Below, in pieces: positions 8,911 to 17,744 of a stretch of 62,560 nucleotides of DNA. Both the position numbers and the translations under genes were made by a program. The notes beneath the pieces are model-generated. The model searched no databases. It was not told the DNA's origin and saw nothing but the letters and a program-made list of their open reading frames with translations. The first letter of the stretch is position 1; each line of letters begins with the position of its first letter. Source of the stretch: Patescibacteria group bacterium (GTDB taxonomy: Bacteria > Patescibacteriota > Patescibacteriia > JAHIZJ01); NCBI GenBank assembly GCA_018814765.1, contig JAHIZJ010000085.1, positions 1 through 62,560 on the forward strand. The letters run 5' to 3'.

Positions 8911-9171
8911 ATGGCCTATATGTCGATTAGAAGTTTGAGGTGGCTACGAGACAGCATTGACGCAGGTTCGATTGAAGAGATGACAGATATGGGCATCAGG
9001 TACATCTGTAGAGGAGATTTTATTCTTCGGCGAGGCGCCTATGCCAAGGTTGTCAGAAAGAGTGATCGTAACCTAACAATCCGCTGGGTGGCGGAAGGTT
9101 TTAGGGGCTTTGTTGGGCTCCCTGTGATTATCCGCGTTTTTAGGGCTACATTATTAACCCGCCCCTGCTAG
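8911..9171 (+). CDS. Small basic hypothetical protein (86 aa)
   Basis: ATG preceded by GGGAGGAGGG. Has its own promoter and a downstream terminator. Arg-rich, GC-richer than its surroundings, no family recognised. Confidence 0.55.
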   Translation: MAYMSIRSLRWLRDSIDAGSIEEMTDMGIRYICRGDFILRRGAYAKVVRKSDRNLTIRWVAEGFRGFVGLPVIIRVFRATLLTRPC

Positions 9172-9189
9172 ATGTACATTGGTATTAGG

Positions 9190-9224
9190 ACCGCCTTTAA
9201 AAAAAATAGGCGGTTTCTTTTTTT
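9190..9224 (+). terminator. Rho-independent terminator of 8911 gene
   Basis: Stem ACCGCC (9190-9195) / GGCGGT (9209-9214) followed by TTCTTTTTTT. Confidence 0.65.
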
Positions 9225-9264
9225 AGTATTACCTTTGGCCACTTTTCTTTTAGCTCCACCGAAT

Positions 9265-9326
9265 CTGTCATGCCGTACTCGTTTCGGCATCTCAAAAGCT
9301 ACAGTCTTTCTAGAGACTCCGGATCT
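9265..9326. repeat. Hairpin-repeat element (one complete and one truncated unit), same family as 18383-18463 and 18676-18753
   Basis: CTGTCA-TGCCG-loop-CGGCA-TCTC (9265-9293), a 19-nt spacer, then GAGACTCCGGATC (truncated inverted unit). Shares the GTCA...TCTC / GAGA...TGAC flanks and the ATGCCG/CGGCAT stem with the copies beside the GIY-YIG gene. Confidence 0.6.
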
Positions 9327-9346
9327 AATTTATGATATTTATTGTA

Positions 9347-9685
9347 CTATCTGCGAAAGCGTTTCATTCGTCTCATTTTACCACCCTGACCTTTGGGAAA
9401 TTGAATATTGCCACCCTCAATCTTAATCGCTTTGCCATTGATAAGAGCATCAGCGATTTTTTTATTAGCTGAGACCAGCACTCTCTGATAGGTGCTTTGT
9501 GAGATCTTCATTTTTTTTGCACTTTCAGTCTGATCTAGTTCTTCCAGATGCTTTAGGCGCATAGCCTCGGATTCATCAAGAGACAAACAGACTTCTTCCA
9601 GCTGTCTCATGGGAACGCCTTGGGGTTTAAAATAAGTTACCCCGGGCTGAAAATGTATGTGGCGTAATTTGTGAGGTCTGACCAT
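9347..9685 (-). CDS. DUF134/UPF0251-family putative DNA-binding protein
   Basis: The N-terminus MVRPHKLRHIHFQPGVTYFKPQGVP...LEEVCLSLDESEAMRL and the HTH-like SQSTYQRVLVSANKKIADALINGKAIKIEGG match the DUF134 pattern as I recall it. Confidence 0.7.
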   Translation of the reverse strand: MVRPHKLRHIHFQPGVTYFKPQGVPMRQLEEVCLSLDESEAMRLKHLEELDQTESAKKMKISQSTYQRVLVSANKKIADALINGKAIKIEGGNIQFPKGQGGKMRRMKRFRR

Positions 9686-9686
9686 G

Positions 9687-9971
9687 TTAGTGTAGTGATA
9701 CTATATAATAATATTTTAAAATTGTATTGGCTTGGTTTTTTATATTATGAACAGTATTATTTGGTATATAGCAACAATCCTTTTCTTCCAATATTTTAGC
9801 TTCATCTTTTATTACAGCAGTAGCGGTGCCCTCAAGTACAACAATAATTTCTTCACGGTTTGTTGTTATATGTTCACCTACATCTTGGCCAGGCTGGAGA
9901 ACGACTAGGCCAGCTTTGATCTTGGTTGAATTAGGTGGCTTAATTATTGATTCTGACTGATTCGGTAGCAT
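9687..9971 (-). CDS. Cupin-domain protein
   Basis: 94 aa with G-EH...EE..VVLEG and YIPNNTVHNIKN motifs (cupin_2-like). Its stop lies 1 nt from the DUF134 start. Confidence 0.6.
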   Translation of the reverse strand: MLPNQSESIIKPPNSTKIKAGLVVLQPGQDVGEHITTNREEIIVVLEGTATAVIKDEAKILEEKDCCYIPNNTVHNIKNQANTILKYYYIVSLH

Positions 9972-11112
9972 GTTTTTTAGAATAAAAGTATGCGGCTAGA
10001 AACGTAGATATGGGTACCGCTAGGGCGATACCAATACTACCGACCATGGTCCGAACAATTTCAGTGGCTATTAACTCGTTATTTATTACCTGACTAAAGG
10101 ACAGGAAGGGGGGCTGATTTAAGCTAAAGAGTATTAAAAGCGGTAGGGATGCTCCGGCGTAGGCCAGAAAAAGCGTATTTACCATGGAGGCTAAATGACT
10201 TTTTCCTACTTCAAAAGTCATAGAAAACACCTTACCTCTGGATAAGCTAGGGTTGGCTTTAATAATCTGTCTAGCTGATGTGACCTGACTGATAACCACA
10301 TCGTCCAAAACGCCTAGAGTACCGATGATTATAGCAGTAAGTAGTAGGCCCTTGAAATTTATTGTGCCATGTCCAATTCCTACAAGATACATTATTTCCT
10401 CTTGCGCCATGCCAGTTAAGTGTGTTACGGATGTGAAAATTATGGATAATATATATGTAAAAAACAAGCAGATAAAAATACTTAAAACAGAAATGTGTGA
10501 TTTTAGATTAAAACCTTCAGTGATATAGATAACAAATACCAATATTGCTAGCGTACCTATTAATCCTATTATCAGAGGGCTGTGGCCATTTAGAATATTT
10601 GGGATGATAAACCCCATGATGATTGTGAAGCTGCCAATGAGACTGATCAGGGCTTTTAGTCCTTTCCACTTACCAATAGCTATAACAATAATGGCAAATA
10701 CAAGCGCTAAAAGATAGAGATTACTGCGACGAATATAGTCAACGATGTAATAGACGCTTTGCCCGTCCGAATTTTCTAAATGATTTACCAATACGTGATC
10801 TCCTACCTTATATACATTTGAATTTATTACATCAAGCTCACCAATGCCATTAAAATTAAATTCTTTACCCTGCCAACGTTCAGTCAGGCCTAGGAGCTTT
10901 AGGTTTTGTTGAATATTTTCTGATCCATCTTCACGTACTAATACTTTTTCTTCTATAATCCCAACAACCTTAGCCTCAAAAATATCATCTGTATTTTCTG
11001 TTTGAGCATGTCCATATAGAGGAAGTAATAAAAAAACACTGATAATTGGAACAGTTATAAATAGCAAAACTTTTATTATACGATTATTTATCACAGAATT
11101 ATTATAGGTCAA
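9940..11112 (-). CDS. YibE/F-like polytopic membrane protein
   Basis: Signal/TM segment, an extracytoplasmic domain of about 110 aa, then about 7 TM segments with an LDDVVISQ motif. The start is TTG with no obvious SD, so the start is uncertain. The 3' end overlaps the cupin gene by 32 nt. Confidence 0.5.
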   Translation of the reverse strand: MTYNNSVINNRIIKVLLFITVPIISVFLLLPLYGHAQTENTDDIFEAKVVGIIEEKVLVREDGSENIQQNLKLLGLTERWQGKEFNFNGIGELDVINSNVYKVGDHVLVNHLENSDGQSVYYIVDYIRRSNLYLLALVFAIIVIAIGKWKGLKALISLIGSFTIIMGFIIPNILNGHSPLIIGLIGTLAILVFVIYITEGFNLKSHISVLSIFICLFFTYILSIIFTSVTHLTGMAQEEIMYLVGIGHGTINFKGLLLTAIIIGTLGVLDDVVISQVTSARQIIKANPSLSRGKVFSMTFEVGKSHLASMVNTLFLAYAGASLPLLILFSLNQPPFLSFSQVINNELIATEIVRTMVGSIGIALAVPISTFLAAYFYSKKHATESVRINN

Positions 11113-11136
11113 TATGAGTTTAATTTAAAGAAGGGA

Positions 11137-11192
11137 CCACCCCCCACCCTTCCTTATTAGAACGTTACATAATCAGGAAGGGTGGGGGGTGG
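11137..11192. other. Perfect 17-bp GC-rich stem-loop between DUF5320 and YibE/F genes
   Basis: CCACCCCCCACCCTTCC (11137-11153) and GGAAGGGTGGGGGGTGG (11176-11192) are exact reverse complements separated by a 22-nt loop. Confidence 0.8.
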
Positions 11193-11197
11193 GTGGG

Positions 11198-11509
11198 TTA
11201 CTTGCGACCCTTGATTTCGGTCAGCCTTTGCTTGATCTCTTTTAGCTCTTGTTCAAGCGTTTGAGATTCCTCTTTGAGCCAGTCTGACTCCTCTTTTGCG
11301 CTCATTGAAGTTTGAGCAGGTGAGGCAGGACCAGCTTGTCGCCAGACCTGGCAACGACCGTAGCCCCTACCAAAGCCATAACCGGATCGGACACCTTGTC
11401 GCCAGCCAGTGCCAGCGCCCAGTCCTGTCGGAGGGCCGGCACAAGGGCCCATACCTCTGCCGGTACCAGCGCCTTGTCCTTGGGGGCCTGTTCCATCTAA
11501 TCTAGGCAT
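11198..11509 (-). CDS. DUF5320-family protein (Gly/Pro-rich N-terminus, C-terminal coiled coil)
   Basis: MPRLDGTGPQGQGAGTGRGMGPCAG... matches the MPRGDGTGP-type DUF5320 N-terminus, with a C-terminal EESQTLEQELKEIKQRLTEIK. AAGGAG lies 7 nt upstream of the ATG. Confidence 0.7.
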   Translation of the reverse strand: MPRLDGTGPQGQGAGTGRGMGPCAGPPTGLGAGTGWRQGVRSGYGFGRGYGRCQVWRQAGPASPAQTSMSAKEESDWLKEESQTLEQELKEIKQRLTEIKGRK

Positions 11510-11548
11510 TTTAATATCTCCTTGTCTTAATAATTAGTACCTGTTATG

Positions 11549-11577
11549 AGTATATACCCATAACTATACTGTGTCAA
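11549..11577 (-). promoter_or_regulatory. Promoter of the DUF5320-YibE/F-cupin-DUF134 operon
   Basis: On the minus strand: TTGACA (11577-11572), 17-nt spacer, TATACT (11554-11549). An imperfect palindrome GTTATG..CATAAC overlaps the -10. Confidence 0.55.
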
Positions 11578-11665
11578 GGGTGGGCCTGTGGATAACTAAA
11601 GTTAAGTTTACTAAAACTGGTTAATCTTGTAGTATTATAAGCAACTGGTTTTTTTATTTACTTAT

Positions 11666-12820
11666 ATGAAGGTAGCAATTGTTTCACAGGCTTATTTTCC
11701 TATTCATGGTGGAGTATCAGAGCATGTACATCACACAGCTTTAGAGTTGGAAAAGCTGGATCATGAAGTAACAATCATCACGGCCAATTTTAATAAGAAT
11801 GATAAAAAATACGATAATCATATGGTGAGGCGTGTTGGTTTTGATTTGACGCTACCTAGTAATGGAGCTTTCTGTAATGTTACAATCGGCACTAAGTTAC
11901 CTGAACAGCTACGAGCCATAGAAAAAGAAAAGCAGTTTGACATTATCCATATACATTCTCCCATTGATCCTGTTTTGCCATTAGTGGCCAATCAGGTATT
12001 ACAGGCGCCTAAAGTAGGCACGTTTCATACATTCAAAGAGGCATCAAGGGGATTAGAACTATTTCGAGGACCACTAATGAAATATTTTGATGGGCTGTCA
12101 GGTAGAATCGCAGTCTCTGTTGTGGCCAAAGAATTTACTAGTAAATATTTCCCAGGTCAATACAGGATTATACCTAATGGTGTTGATACAGAGCGTTTTA
12201 GTCCTACACATGATCCGATAGAGGAATATGATGATGATTATAATAATTTACTGTTTGTCGGTCGCTTGGACCCGAGAAAAGGATTAAAATACTTATTACA
12301 GGCAATGCCCATTATAATTGCTACAATCCCAAAAACACGATTAATCATAGTTGGTGGAGGCGCGTTACAGGAATATTATCGTTCGTATGTTATCGATGAA
12401 ATTAAAGACAAGGTAATATTTACAGGTTTTGTTCCGGGTGAAATATTGCCGAGATATTTTACTACGGCTGATATCTTTATTTCACCAGCTACCCAAGGGG
12501 AAAGCTTTGGCATTGTTCTGCTAGAAGCCATGGCTTCCGGAGTACCGATTGTTGCTTCTGACATACATGGTTATAACACAGTTGTGGAGGATGGAAGTGA
12601 AGGCTTCCTGATTCCCAAAGAGCGCCCTCTGAAAATTGCTGAGAAAATCATCGAACTGCTAAAACAAAAAAGAGTTCGTCAGGCGATGGCAAAGAACGGC
12701 AGAATAAAAGCCCTGAACTATTCTTGGCCCAAGGTAACCAAAGAGATTGAAAAATATTATAGAGAAATATTAGATCGGACTACTAAGCAGAGGAAAAAGG
12801 GCAATAATAAGCAGAAATAA
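11666..12820 (+). CDS. GT4-family glycosyltransferase
   Basis: GT-B fold signature: N-terminal GG.s.hv motif and a C-terminal E(x7)E region (ESFGIVLLEAMASGVPIVASD). Confidence 0.75.
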   Translation: MKVAIVSQAYFPIHGGVSEHVHHTALELEKLDHEVTIITANFNKNDKKYDNHMVRRVGFDLTLPSNGAFCNVTIGTKLPEQLRAIEKEKQFDIIHIHSPIDPVLPLVANQVLQAPKVGTFHTFKEASRGLELFRGPLMKYFDGLSGRIAVSVVAKEFTSKYFPGQYRIIPNGVDTERFSPTHDPIEEYDDDYNNLLFVGRLDPRKGLKYLLQAMPIIIATIPKTRLIIVGGGALQEYYRSYVIDEIKDKVIFTGFVPGEILPRYFTTADIFISPATQGESFGIVLLEAMASGVPIVASDIHGYNTVVEDGSEGFLIPKERPLKIAEKIIELLKQKRVRQAMAKNGRIKALNYSWPKVTKEIEKYYREILDRTTKQRKKGNNKQK

Positions 12821-12883
12821 CCATATAAAAAACTGTAGCCAATATTAATTATTTTGCGGGTTAAATGGGTTCATCTTTGAGTG

Positions 12884-12912
12884 TTGACACCATTTTTTTT
12901 ACATAGTATCAT
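12884..12912 (+). promoter_or_regulatory. hrcA operon promoter
   Basis: TTGACA (12884-12889), 17-nt spacer, TATCAT (12907-12912). Confidence 0.65.
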
Positions 12913-12916
12913 GAAA

Positions 12917-12943
12917 TTAGCACTCAAATATTAAGAGTGCTAA
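12917..12943 (+). promoter_or_regulatory. CIRCE operator (HrcA binding site)
   Basis: Perfect consensus TTAGCACTC-N9-GAGTGCTAA, located 4 nt after the -10 and 18 nt before the hrcA start. Confidence 0.95.
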
Positions 12944-12961
12944 TAAGTCTAATCGTCTGAT

Positions 12962-13666
12962 ATGACTATAACAGAGAGAGAAAAAGCATTATTACTAGCG
13001 ATTATCAATGAACATATAAAAACGTCCCGACCGGTCGGGTCAAATGTTATTGTGGAAAAGCACTTAAAAGGTGTTAGTTCAGCCACGGTCAGAAATGAAA
13101 TGGTCAAACTGGAAGTATTGGGCATGATTGAACAGCCTCACACCTCAGCCGGACGCATACCCACCACTAGGGCTTATCAATACTATGTCGACAAGTTTCT
13201 CAATAAAAGGGGATTACCTAAGATTGAACAAAGTAAGCTGACTAGGGTTAATCAAAAACACAAAGGAGACAACAACTCATTGATTCGAGAGATAGCCAAA
13301 GAGGTTGCTGACATGTCTTCAGGCGCTGTTATTGTGGGATTTGCACCTAGAGACTTGTATTATACGGGCATTTCCAATCTTTTTCGTCAGCCCGAGTTTG
13401 AGACTATTGACTTGGTACACAATTTTTCAGAGATCATAGATCATCTGGATGATGTGATGGAGGAACTATTTCCCAAAATTGGCTCTGATATCGAGATAAT
13501 GGTGGGTAGTAATAACCCCTTTGGAGTGAATTGTGGAGCCTTAGTGACAAAGTATGATCTAGGTGGATCCCGCTGTGGGACATTTGGGATACTGGGCCCT
13601 GTACGCATGCCTTATGAAAGAAATCGCGCTTTACTTGAATATGCTCGTCAATTAATAAGTAAATAA
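12962..13666 (+). CDS. hrcA: Heat-inducible transcription repressor HrcA (short form, 234 aa)
   Basis: N-terminal wHTH (VGSNVIVEKH..VSSATVRNEMVKLEVLGMIEQPHTSAGRIPT), a CIRCE element upstream and grpE downstream. Confidence 0.85.
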   Translation: MTITEREKALLLAIINEHIKTSRPVGSNVIVEKHLKGVSSATVRNEMVKLEVLGMIEQPHTSAGRIPTTRAYQYYVDKFLNKRGLPKIEQSKLTRVNQKHKGDNNSLIREIAKEVADMSSGAVIVGFAPRDLYYTGISNLFRQPEFETIDLVHNFSEIIDHLDDVMEELFPKIGSDIEIMVGSNNPFGVNCGALVTKYDLGGSRCGTFGILGPVRMPYERNRALLEYARQLISK

Positions 13667-13670
13667 TTTT

Positions 13671-14174
13671 ATGTGTGACAAGAATACACCAAAAAATGAA
13701 CCTGATAAAAGAACCCCAGAAAAACCTATAAGTGAATTGGATGAATTAAAGAAAAAGGCTGAGGAATACTTAGACGGATGGAAAAGAGCTAAGGCTGATT
13801 ATGCCAATTTGGAAAAAGATGTTCAGAAAAGGCAGATGGAGTTTGTGCAGTTTGCAAATGAAGAAATTATCAGAGAGCTACTTCCGTTAGTAGATAATTT
13901 CAAGCAAGCTTTTAAGCATATACCCGAGGACCTGAAGGGGCAGGATTGGGTTGAAGGCATTAGACATATTAGCTCAAACCTGGACAAACTATTGGCTTTT
14001 CGAGGAATAAAGGAAATAGAAACTGTAGGCGAAAAGTTTAATCCTGAGCTTCATGAGGCTATCGAGCAAATTGCCAGCGATAAGCCATCAGGAACAATTA
14101 TTGAAGAGTTAAAATTAGGATTTGTTCTAAATGGCAAAGTGATTCAGCCGGCTCGAGTTAAAGTAGCCAAATAA
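13671..14174 (+). CDS. grpE: Nucleotide exchange factor GrpE
   Basis: Coiled-coil N-terminus, LLPLVDNF motif, C-terminal beta domain, in hrcA-grpE-dnaK context. Confidence 0.9.
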   Translation: MCDKNTPKNEPDKRTPEKPISELDELKKKAEEYLDGWKRAKADYANLEKDVQKRQMEFVQFANEEIIRELLPLVDNFKQAFKHIPEDLKGQDWVEGIRHISSNLDKLLAFRGIKEIETVGEKFNPELHEAIEQIASDKPSGTIIEELKLGFVLNGKVIQPARVKVAK

Positions 14175-14215
14175 TTCAGAATTCAAAATTAATAATTAAC
14201 GAGGAGAATAAAACA

Positions 14216-14650
14216 ATGAGAATGATTAAATGGCAACCATCCATGCAACCTTGGGAAGACATGGACAGAATGATGGAAGAATTTATGCCTACTGAAAAAC
14301 ACAGCTTTGTTCCGGCCATTGATGTCTATCAAACCAAGGAAGCGGTAGTGGTTGAAACAACTCTAGCAGGAATAAAACCGGAAGACGTTAACATTTCTAT
14401 TGAGAATGACGTGCTGACAATTGAAGGAAGATCTGAAAAAAAGAGCGAGGTTGACGACAAAGAGTATTATCGCAAAGAGATTCGCAGTGGCTCTTTTCAT
14501 CGAGCAATTGCTCTACCTACTGCGGTAAAAGGTGATAATGCTAAGGCAATTTTTGATAACGGAGTATTAAAGATTATGGTTCCAAAAGAAGAGCGTGTTA
14601 TGCCAAAAACGATTAAGGTCCAAGTAAAATCATCAAAGGGTAAGAAATAG
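14216..14650 (+). CDS. Hsp20/alpha-crystallin small heat-shock protein
   Basis: Alpha-crystallin domain PAIDVYQTKEAVVVETTLAGIKPEDVNISIENDVLTIEG...GSFHRAIALP...GVLKIMVPK. GAGGAG SD upstream. Confidence 0.9.
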   Translation: MRMIKWQPSMQPWEDMDRMMEEFMPTEKHSFVPAIDVYQTKEAVVVETTLAGIKPEDVNISIENDVLTIEGRSEKKSEVDDKEYYRKEIRSGSFHRAIALPTAVKGDNAKAIFDNGVLKIMVPKEERVMPKTIKVQVKSSKGKK

Positions 14651-14764
14651 TCGTTCGATATACCCGTCTTAACTATGACTTGAGGCGGGGAATGGGATGG
14701 TTAAGATAGTTAATTAGTTGAATAGTTAATTTGGTAAATAATAATTATAAAAGGAGATAAAAAA

Positions 14765-16657
14765 ATGTCGAAGATTTTAGGAATTGACTTAGGTACGACT
14801 AACTCCGCCATGGCGGTAATCGAGGGGGGAAAGCCTAAAGTATTAGAAAACAAGGAAGGAGCTAGAACCACTCCCTCAGTGGTAGCAATTTCCAAGAATG
14901 GTGAACGACTGGTTGGCACTACAGCCAAGAGGCAAGCCGTTACTAATCCCGAGAATACAATATTCTCTATCAAACGATTGATAGGCCGTCGTCATGAAGA
15001 TGAACAGGTTCAGGATGATACAAAAACCCTACCCTATAAAATAAAAAAGTCAGGTGAGGGTATAGCGGTAGCAATGAATGATAAAGACCACACGCCACAG
15101 GAGATTTCAGCTATGATTTTACAGAAGCTAAAGGCCGATGCAGAAGAAAAGCTTGGTGAGACAATCACAGACGCGGTTATAACAGTTCCAGCATACTTTG
15201 ATGATTCTCAACGACAGGCTACTAAGGATGCAGGTAAAATTGCCGGTTTAAACGTTATGCGAATTATCAATGAACCAACGGCCGCTGCTTTAGCCTATGG
15301 GTTTGAAAAGAAAAAGGGTGAACAGATCGCCGTTTATGATTTAGGAGGTGGTACGTTTGATATATCGATTTTAGATGTATCGGCTGACACTGTTGAAGTT
15401 AAATCAACCAATGGCGACACTCATTTGGGCGGTGATGATTTTGATAAAAAGATTATTGATTGGATTATTGAAGAGTACAAAAAAGACCAAGGGGTTGATC
15501 TATCAAATGATGTTCTAGCACTGCAACGACTGAAGGAAGCTGCGGAAAAGGCAAAAATTGAACTATCAACCTCTTCAGAGACTGAAATTAACCAACCGTT
15601 TATTACTCAAGACTCATCTGGGCCGAAGCACTTGGTTCTCAAGATGACTCGGGCAAAGCTGGAGGAGCTGGTTGGTGATTTGGTTGAAGCTACGTTGGAG
15701 CCGGTTAAAAAAGCGCTAGATGACGCCAAACTAAAAACAGAAGATATCGAAGAGGTTATATTGGTTGGCGGACAAACACGTATGCCTTTGGTTCAGGCAA
15801 CTGTGGAAAAATTCTTTGGGAAGAGGCCCCACTTAGGTGTTAATCCTGATGAAGTAGTGGCAATTGGTGCTGCTGTCCAAGCTGGAGTGCTTCAAGGCGA
15901 TGTAAAAGATGTCCTCTTGCTGGATGTAACGCCATTGACATTTGGTCTGGAAACATTGGGCGGTGTTCGTACTCCATTGATTGATCGTAATACAACAATC
16001 CCAACCTCAAAAAGCCAGGTGTTCTCAACCGCAGCCGATAATCAGTCAACAGTAGAAATACACGTTCTTCAGGGGGAGAGAGACATGGCTCAGGACAATA
16101 AAACTCTGGGTCGATTTATCCTTGATGGGATTCCACCGGCTCCTAGGGGGGTTCCACAGGTTGAGGTTACGTTTGATATAGATGCCAACGGTATTCTCAA
16201 GGTCACAGCCAAAGATAAGGCTACTAACAAATCTCAACATATAACAATCCAAGCTTCAACGGGTCTATCCAAAGACGAAGTAGAGAAAATGAAGAAAGAC
16301 GCTGAGGCCCATGCGGGAGAGGATAAAAAGAAGAAAGAACTAATCGAAGCTCGAAATATGGCTGACACTTTAGTTTACACTGCCGAGAAAGCTGTACGTG
16401 AAGCTAAAGATAAAGTAAAAGATGATGACAAAAAAGACATTGAATCCAAGATAGAAGCCCTTAAAAAGGTTAAAGACAATGATGACTTAGAAGCCATCAA
16501 GAAAGCCACCGAAGAACTAAGCCAAGCGGCTCAAAAAATAGGTCAGGCAATGTATGGTCAGCCGGGACAGCCAGGACAACAGACACCGCCTCCAGGATCC
16601 GCCACGGGCGGAAAAGACGAAGGTCCGGTTGAAGGCGAAGTAGAGGATAGTAAATAA
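14765..16657 (+). CDS. dnaK: Chaperone DnaK (Hsp70)
   Basis: [18 protein letters not shown] and [11 protein letters not shown] signatures; 630 aa. Confidence 0.98.
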   Translation: MSKILGIDLGTTNSAMAVIEGGKPKVLENKEGARTTPSVVAISKNGERLVGTTAKRQAVTNPENTIFSIKRLIGRRHEDEQVQDDTKTLPYKIKKSGEGIAVAMNDKDHTPQEISAMILQKLKADAEEKLGETITDAVITVPAYFDDSQRQATKDAGKIAGLNVMRIINEPTAAALAYGFEKKKGEQIAVYDLGGGTFDISILDVSADTVEVKSTNGDTHLGGDDFDKKIIDWIIEEYKKDQGVDLSNDVLALQRLKEAAEKAKIELSTSSETEINQPFITQDSSGPKHLVLKMTRAKLEELVGDLVEATLEPVKKALDDAKLKTEDIEEVILVGGQTRMPLVQATVEKFFGKRPHLGVNPDEVVAIGAAVQAGVLQGDVKDVLLLDVTPLTFGLETLGGVRTPLIDRNTTIPTSKSQVFSTAADNQSTVEIHVLQGERDMAQDNKTLGRFILDGIPPAPRGVPQVEVTFDIDANGILKVTAKDKATNKSQHITIQASTGLSKDEVEKMKKDAEAHAGEDKKKKELIEARNMADTLVYTAEKAVREAKDKVKDDDKKDIESKIEALKKVKDNDDLEAIKKATEELSQAAQKIGQAMYGQPGQPGQQTPPPGSATGGKDEGPVEGEVEDSK

Positions 16658-16701
16658 TTGGTTAATTGGATGATTAGTTGATTTGTTGACTGGAGAGATT
16701 G

Positions 16702-16912
16702 AAAAAAGGCCCGGTCAGACAAGGTCCAACCGGGCTAGCGAAACGGAGAATCAGGGATCACAGCAAGGTCGATAGGATCAATAGCTACGTAGAGCCGTGG
16801 CGTACTCCAACGAAGAAACGTTAGCTGGGGACCGAACGAGTCTTCGCGGTAACTAGTGACCCAGCAGCTAGCCTATCTGGTCACCCCATTCCTCCTTGTC
16901 CTGAGGAAGGAC
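16702..16912 (-). ncRNA. Candidate sRNA, array unit 1 (about 210 nt)
   Basis: Minus-strand promoter TTTACA (16947-16942), N17, TATTAT (16924-16919). The terminator has a 12-bp stem (16709-16735) with G:U pairs only in the minus-strand reading, followed by U6. 5' GGAGGAAUGGGG is imperfectly complementary to 3' CCCUGAUUCUCC. Confidence 0.7.
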
Positions 16913-16953
16913 AAGTATATAATAGTTGAATATAATAACTGTGTAAAGTGAAT

Positions 16954-17181
16954 AAAAAAAGAACCCCCCCACCCATGATACATGAATGCATATGGGTGAG
17001 GGGCGAGTGCGGAGAAACGGGAAGCTGATGAACAGATGCAGAGCCGATGGCTATTAAAGAGCGCCTAAGACGCCCCAACCCCAGGAAACTCCGATCCCCC
17101 TTTTTATCTTTGTTCCCCAGTAATAGCTAAAGCTCTGCAAAGCCCATAGCTCCAGTCTCTCCAGCGGGGCGACAGAACGTC
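16954..17181 (-). ncRNA. Candidate sRNA, array unit 2 (about 228 nt)
   Basis: Promoter TTGACA (17216-17211), N17, TATTAT (17193-17188). Terminator stem CCCCUCACCCAU/AUGGGUGGGGGGG followed by UUCUUUUUUU. 5' GC(U)GGAGAGAC pairs with 3' GUUUCUCCGC. Confidence 0.7.
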
Positions 17182-17222
17182 CTAAATATAATAAAATATT
17201 AGATATTATTTGTCAAATTAAT

Positions 17223-17454
17223 AAAAAAAGAACCTGGCCAGACAAATGCCTAACCGGGCTAGCGGAGGAATAGAGGTCCCGGCGTACCGACAAAAAGTGA
17301 CAGGAACGCTGAAGTAATCTCGTGCCACAAGCCCTTGCGTTATCCCCGAGGAGTCTGCCGGAGCAGTTGGGGAAAAGGAAGGATTCGCGACCAACAGCAT
17401 CCGCAGTCATAGTCGGTCGCTATTCTAGATTCCTCCAGTATACGGGTGGTATGC
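17223..17454 (-). ncRNA. Candidate sRNA, array unit 3 (about 232 nt)
   Basis: Promoter TTTACA (17489-17484), N17, TGATAT (17466-17461). The terminator hairpin is homologous to those of units 1 and 5 (one mismatch) and is followed by U7. 5' GGAGGAAU (17436-17429) is exactly complementary to 3' AUUCCUCC (17271-17264). Confidence 0.65.
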
Positions 17455-17495
17455 ATCCACATATCAAACGATAATAGATATTTTGTAAAGAGAGA

Positions 17496-17687
17496 TAAAA
17501 TCCCGGTAGAACTGTTGTCCTACCGGGTCGGAGAAACAGGCATGGGTAAACTGAAACTACTGGCATGAATGGGGCCCCATCACTAGATAGACGGATTAGT
17601 ACCTTTGCAGGCCGGGAAGCCCATCTACACGAGTAACGGCATCCATCGTACGTATCAGCTACCGAACTGTTTCTCCTCGAACGTGGT
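17496..17687 (-). ncRNA. Candidate sRNA, array unit 4 (about 192 nt)
   Basis: Promoter TTTACA (17722-17717), N17, TAAAAT (17699-17694). 8-bp terminator stem CCCGGUAG/CUACCGGG followed by a U-rich tail. 5' GGAGAAACAG (17676-17667) is exactly complementary to 3' CUGUUUCUCC (17539-17530). Confidence 0.7.
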
Positions 17688-17744
17688 ATGTACATTTTAT
17701 ATAAATAACGCTATTTTGTAAAGTTGCAGGATGGTTCAGGATAG

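Noticed and set aside
9172-9426. 84-aa ORF following the 86-aa gene.
   Set aside because: It spans the terminator hairpin and T-run and the hairpin repeat (translating it as ..LSCRTRFGIS..), then overlaps the 3' end of the DUF134 gene. It is a repeat-derived pseudo-ORF.
11296-11505. Overlapping ORFs 11296..11505+ and 11302..11496- within the DUF5320 gene.
   Set aside because: The high local GC (Gly/Pro codons) keeps several frames open. Only the 11198..11509 minus frame has an SD and the MPRxDGTGP family signature.
16881-17695. Minus-strand ORFs 16881..17078, 17213..17410, 17218..17400 and 17420..17695 inside the sRNA array.
   Set aside because: They run straight through intrinsic terminators and promoters and have non-ATG or SD-less starts. 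The SD-like GGAGG is 20 nt or more from any ATG. The five units share no conserved frame. A non-coding interpretation fits better.
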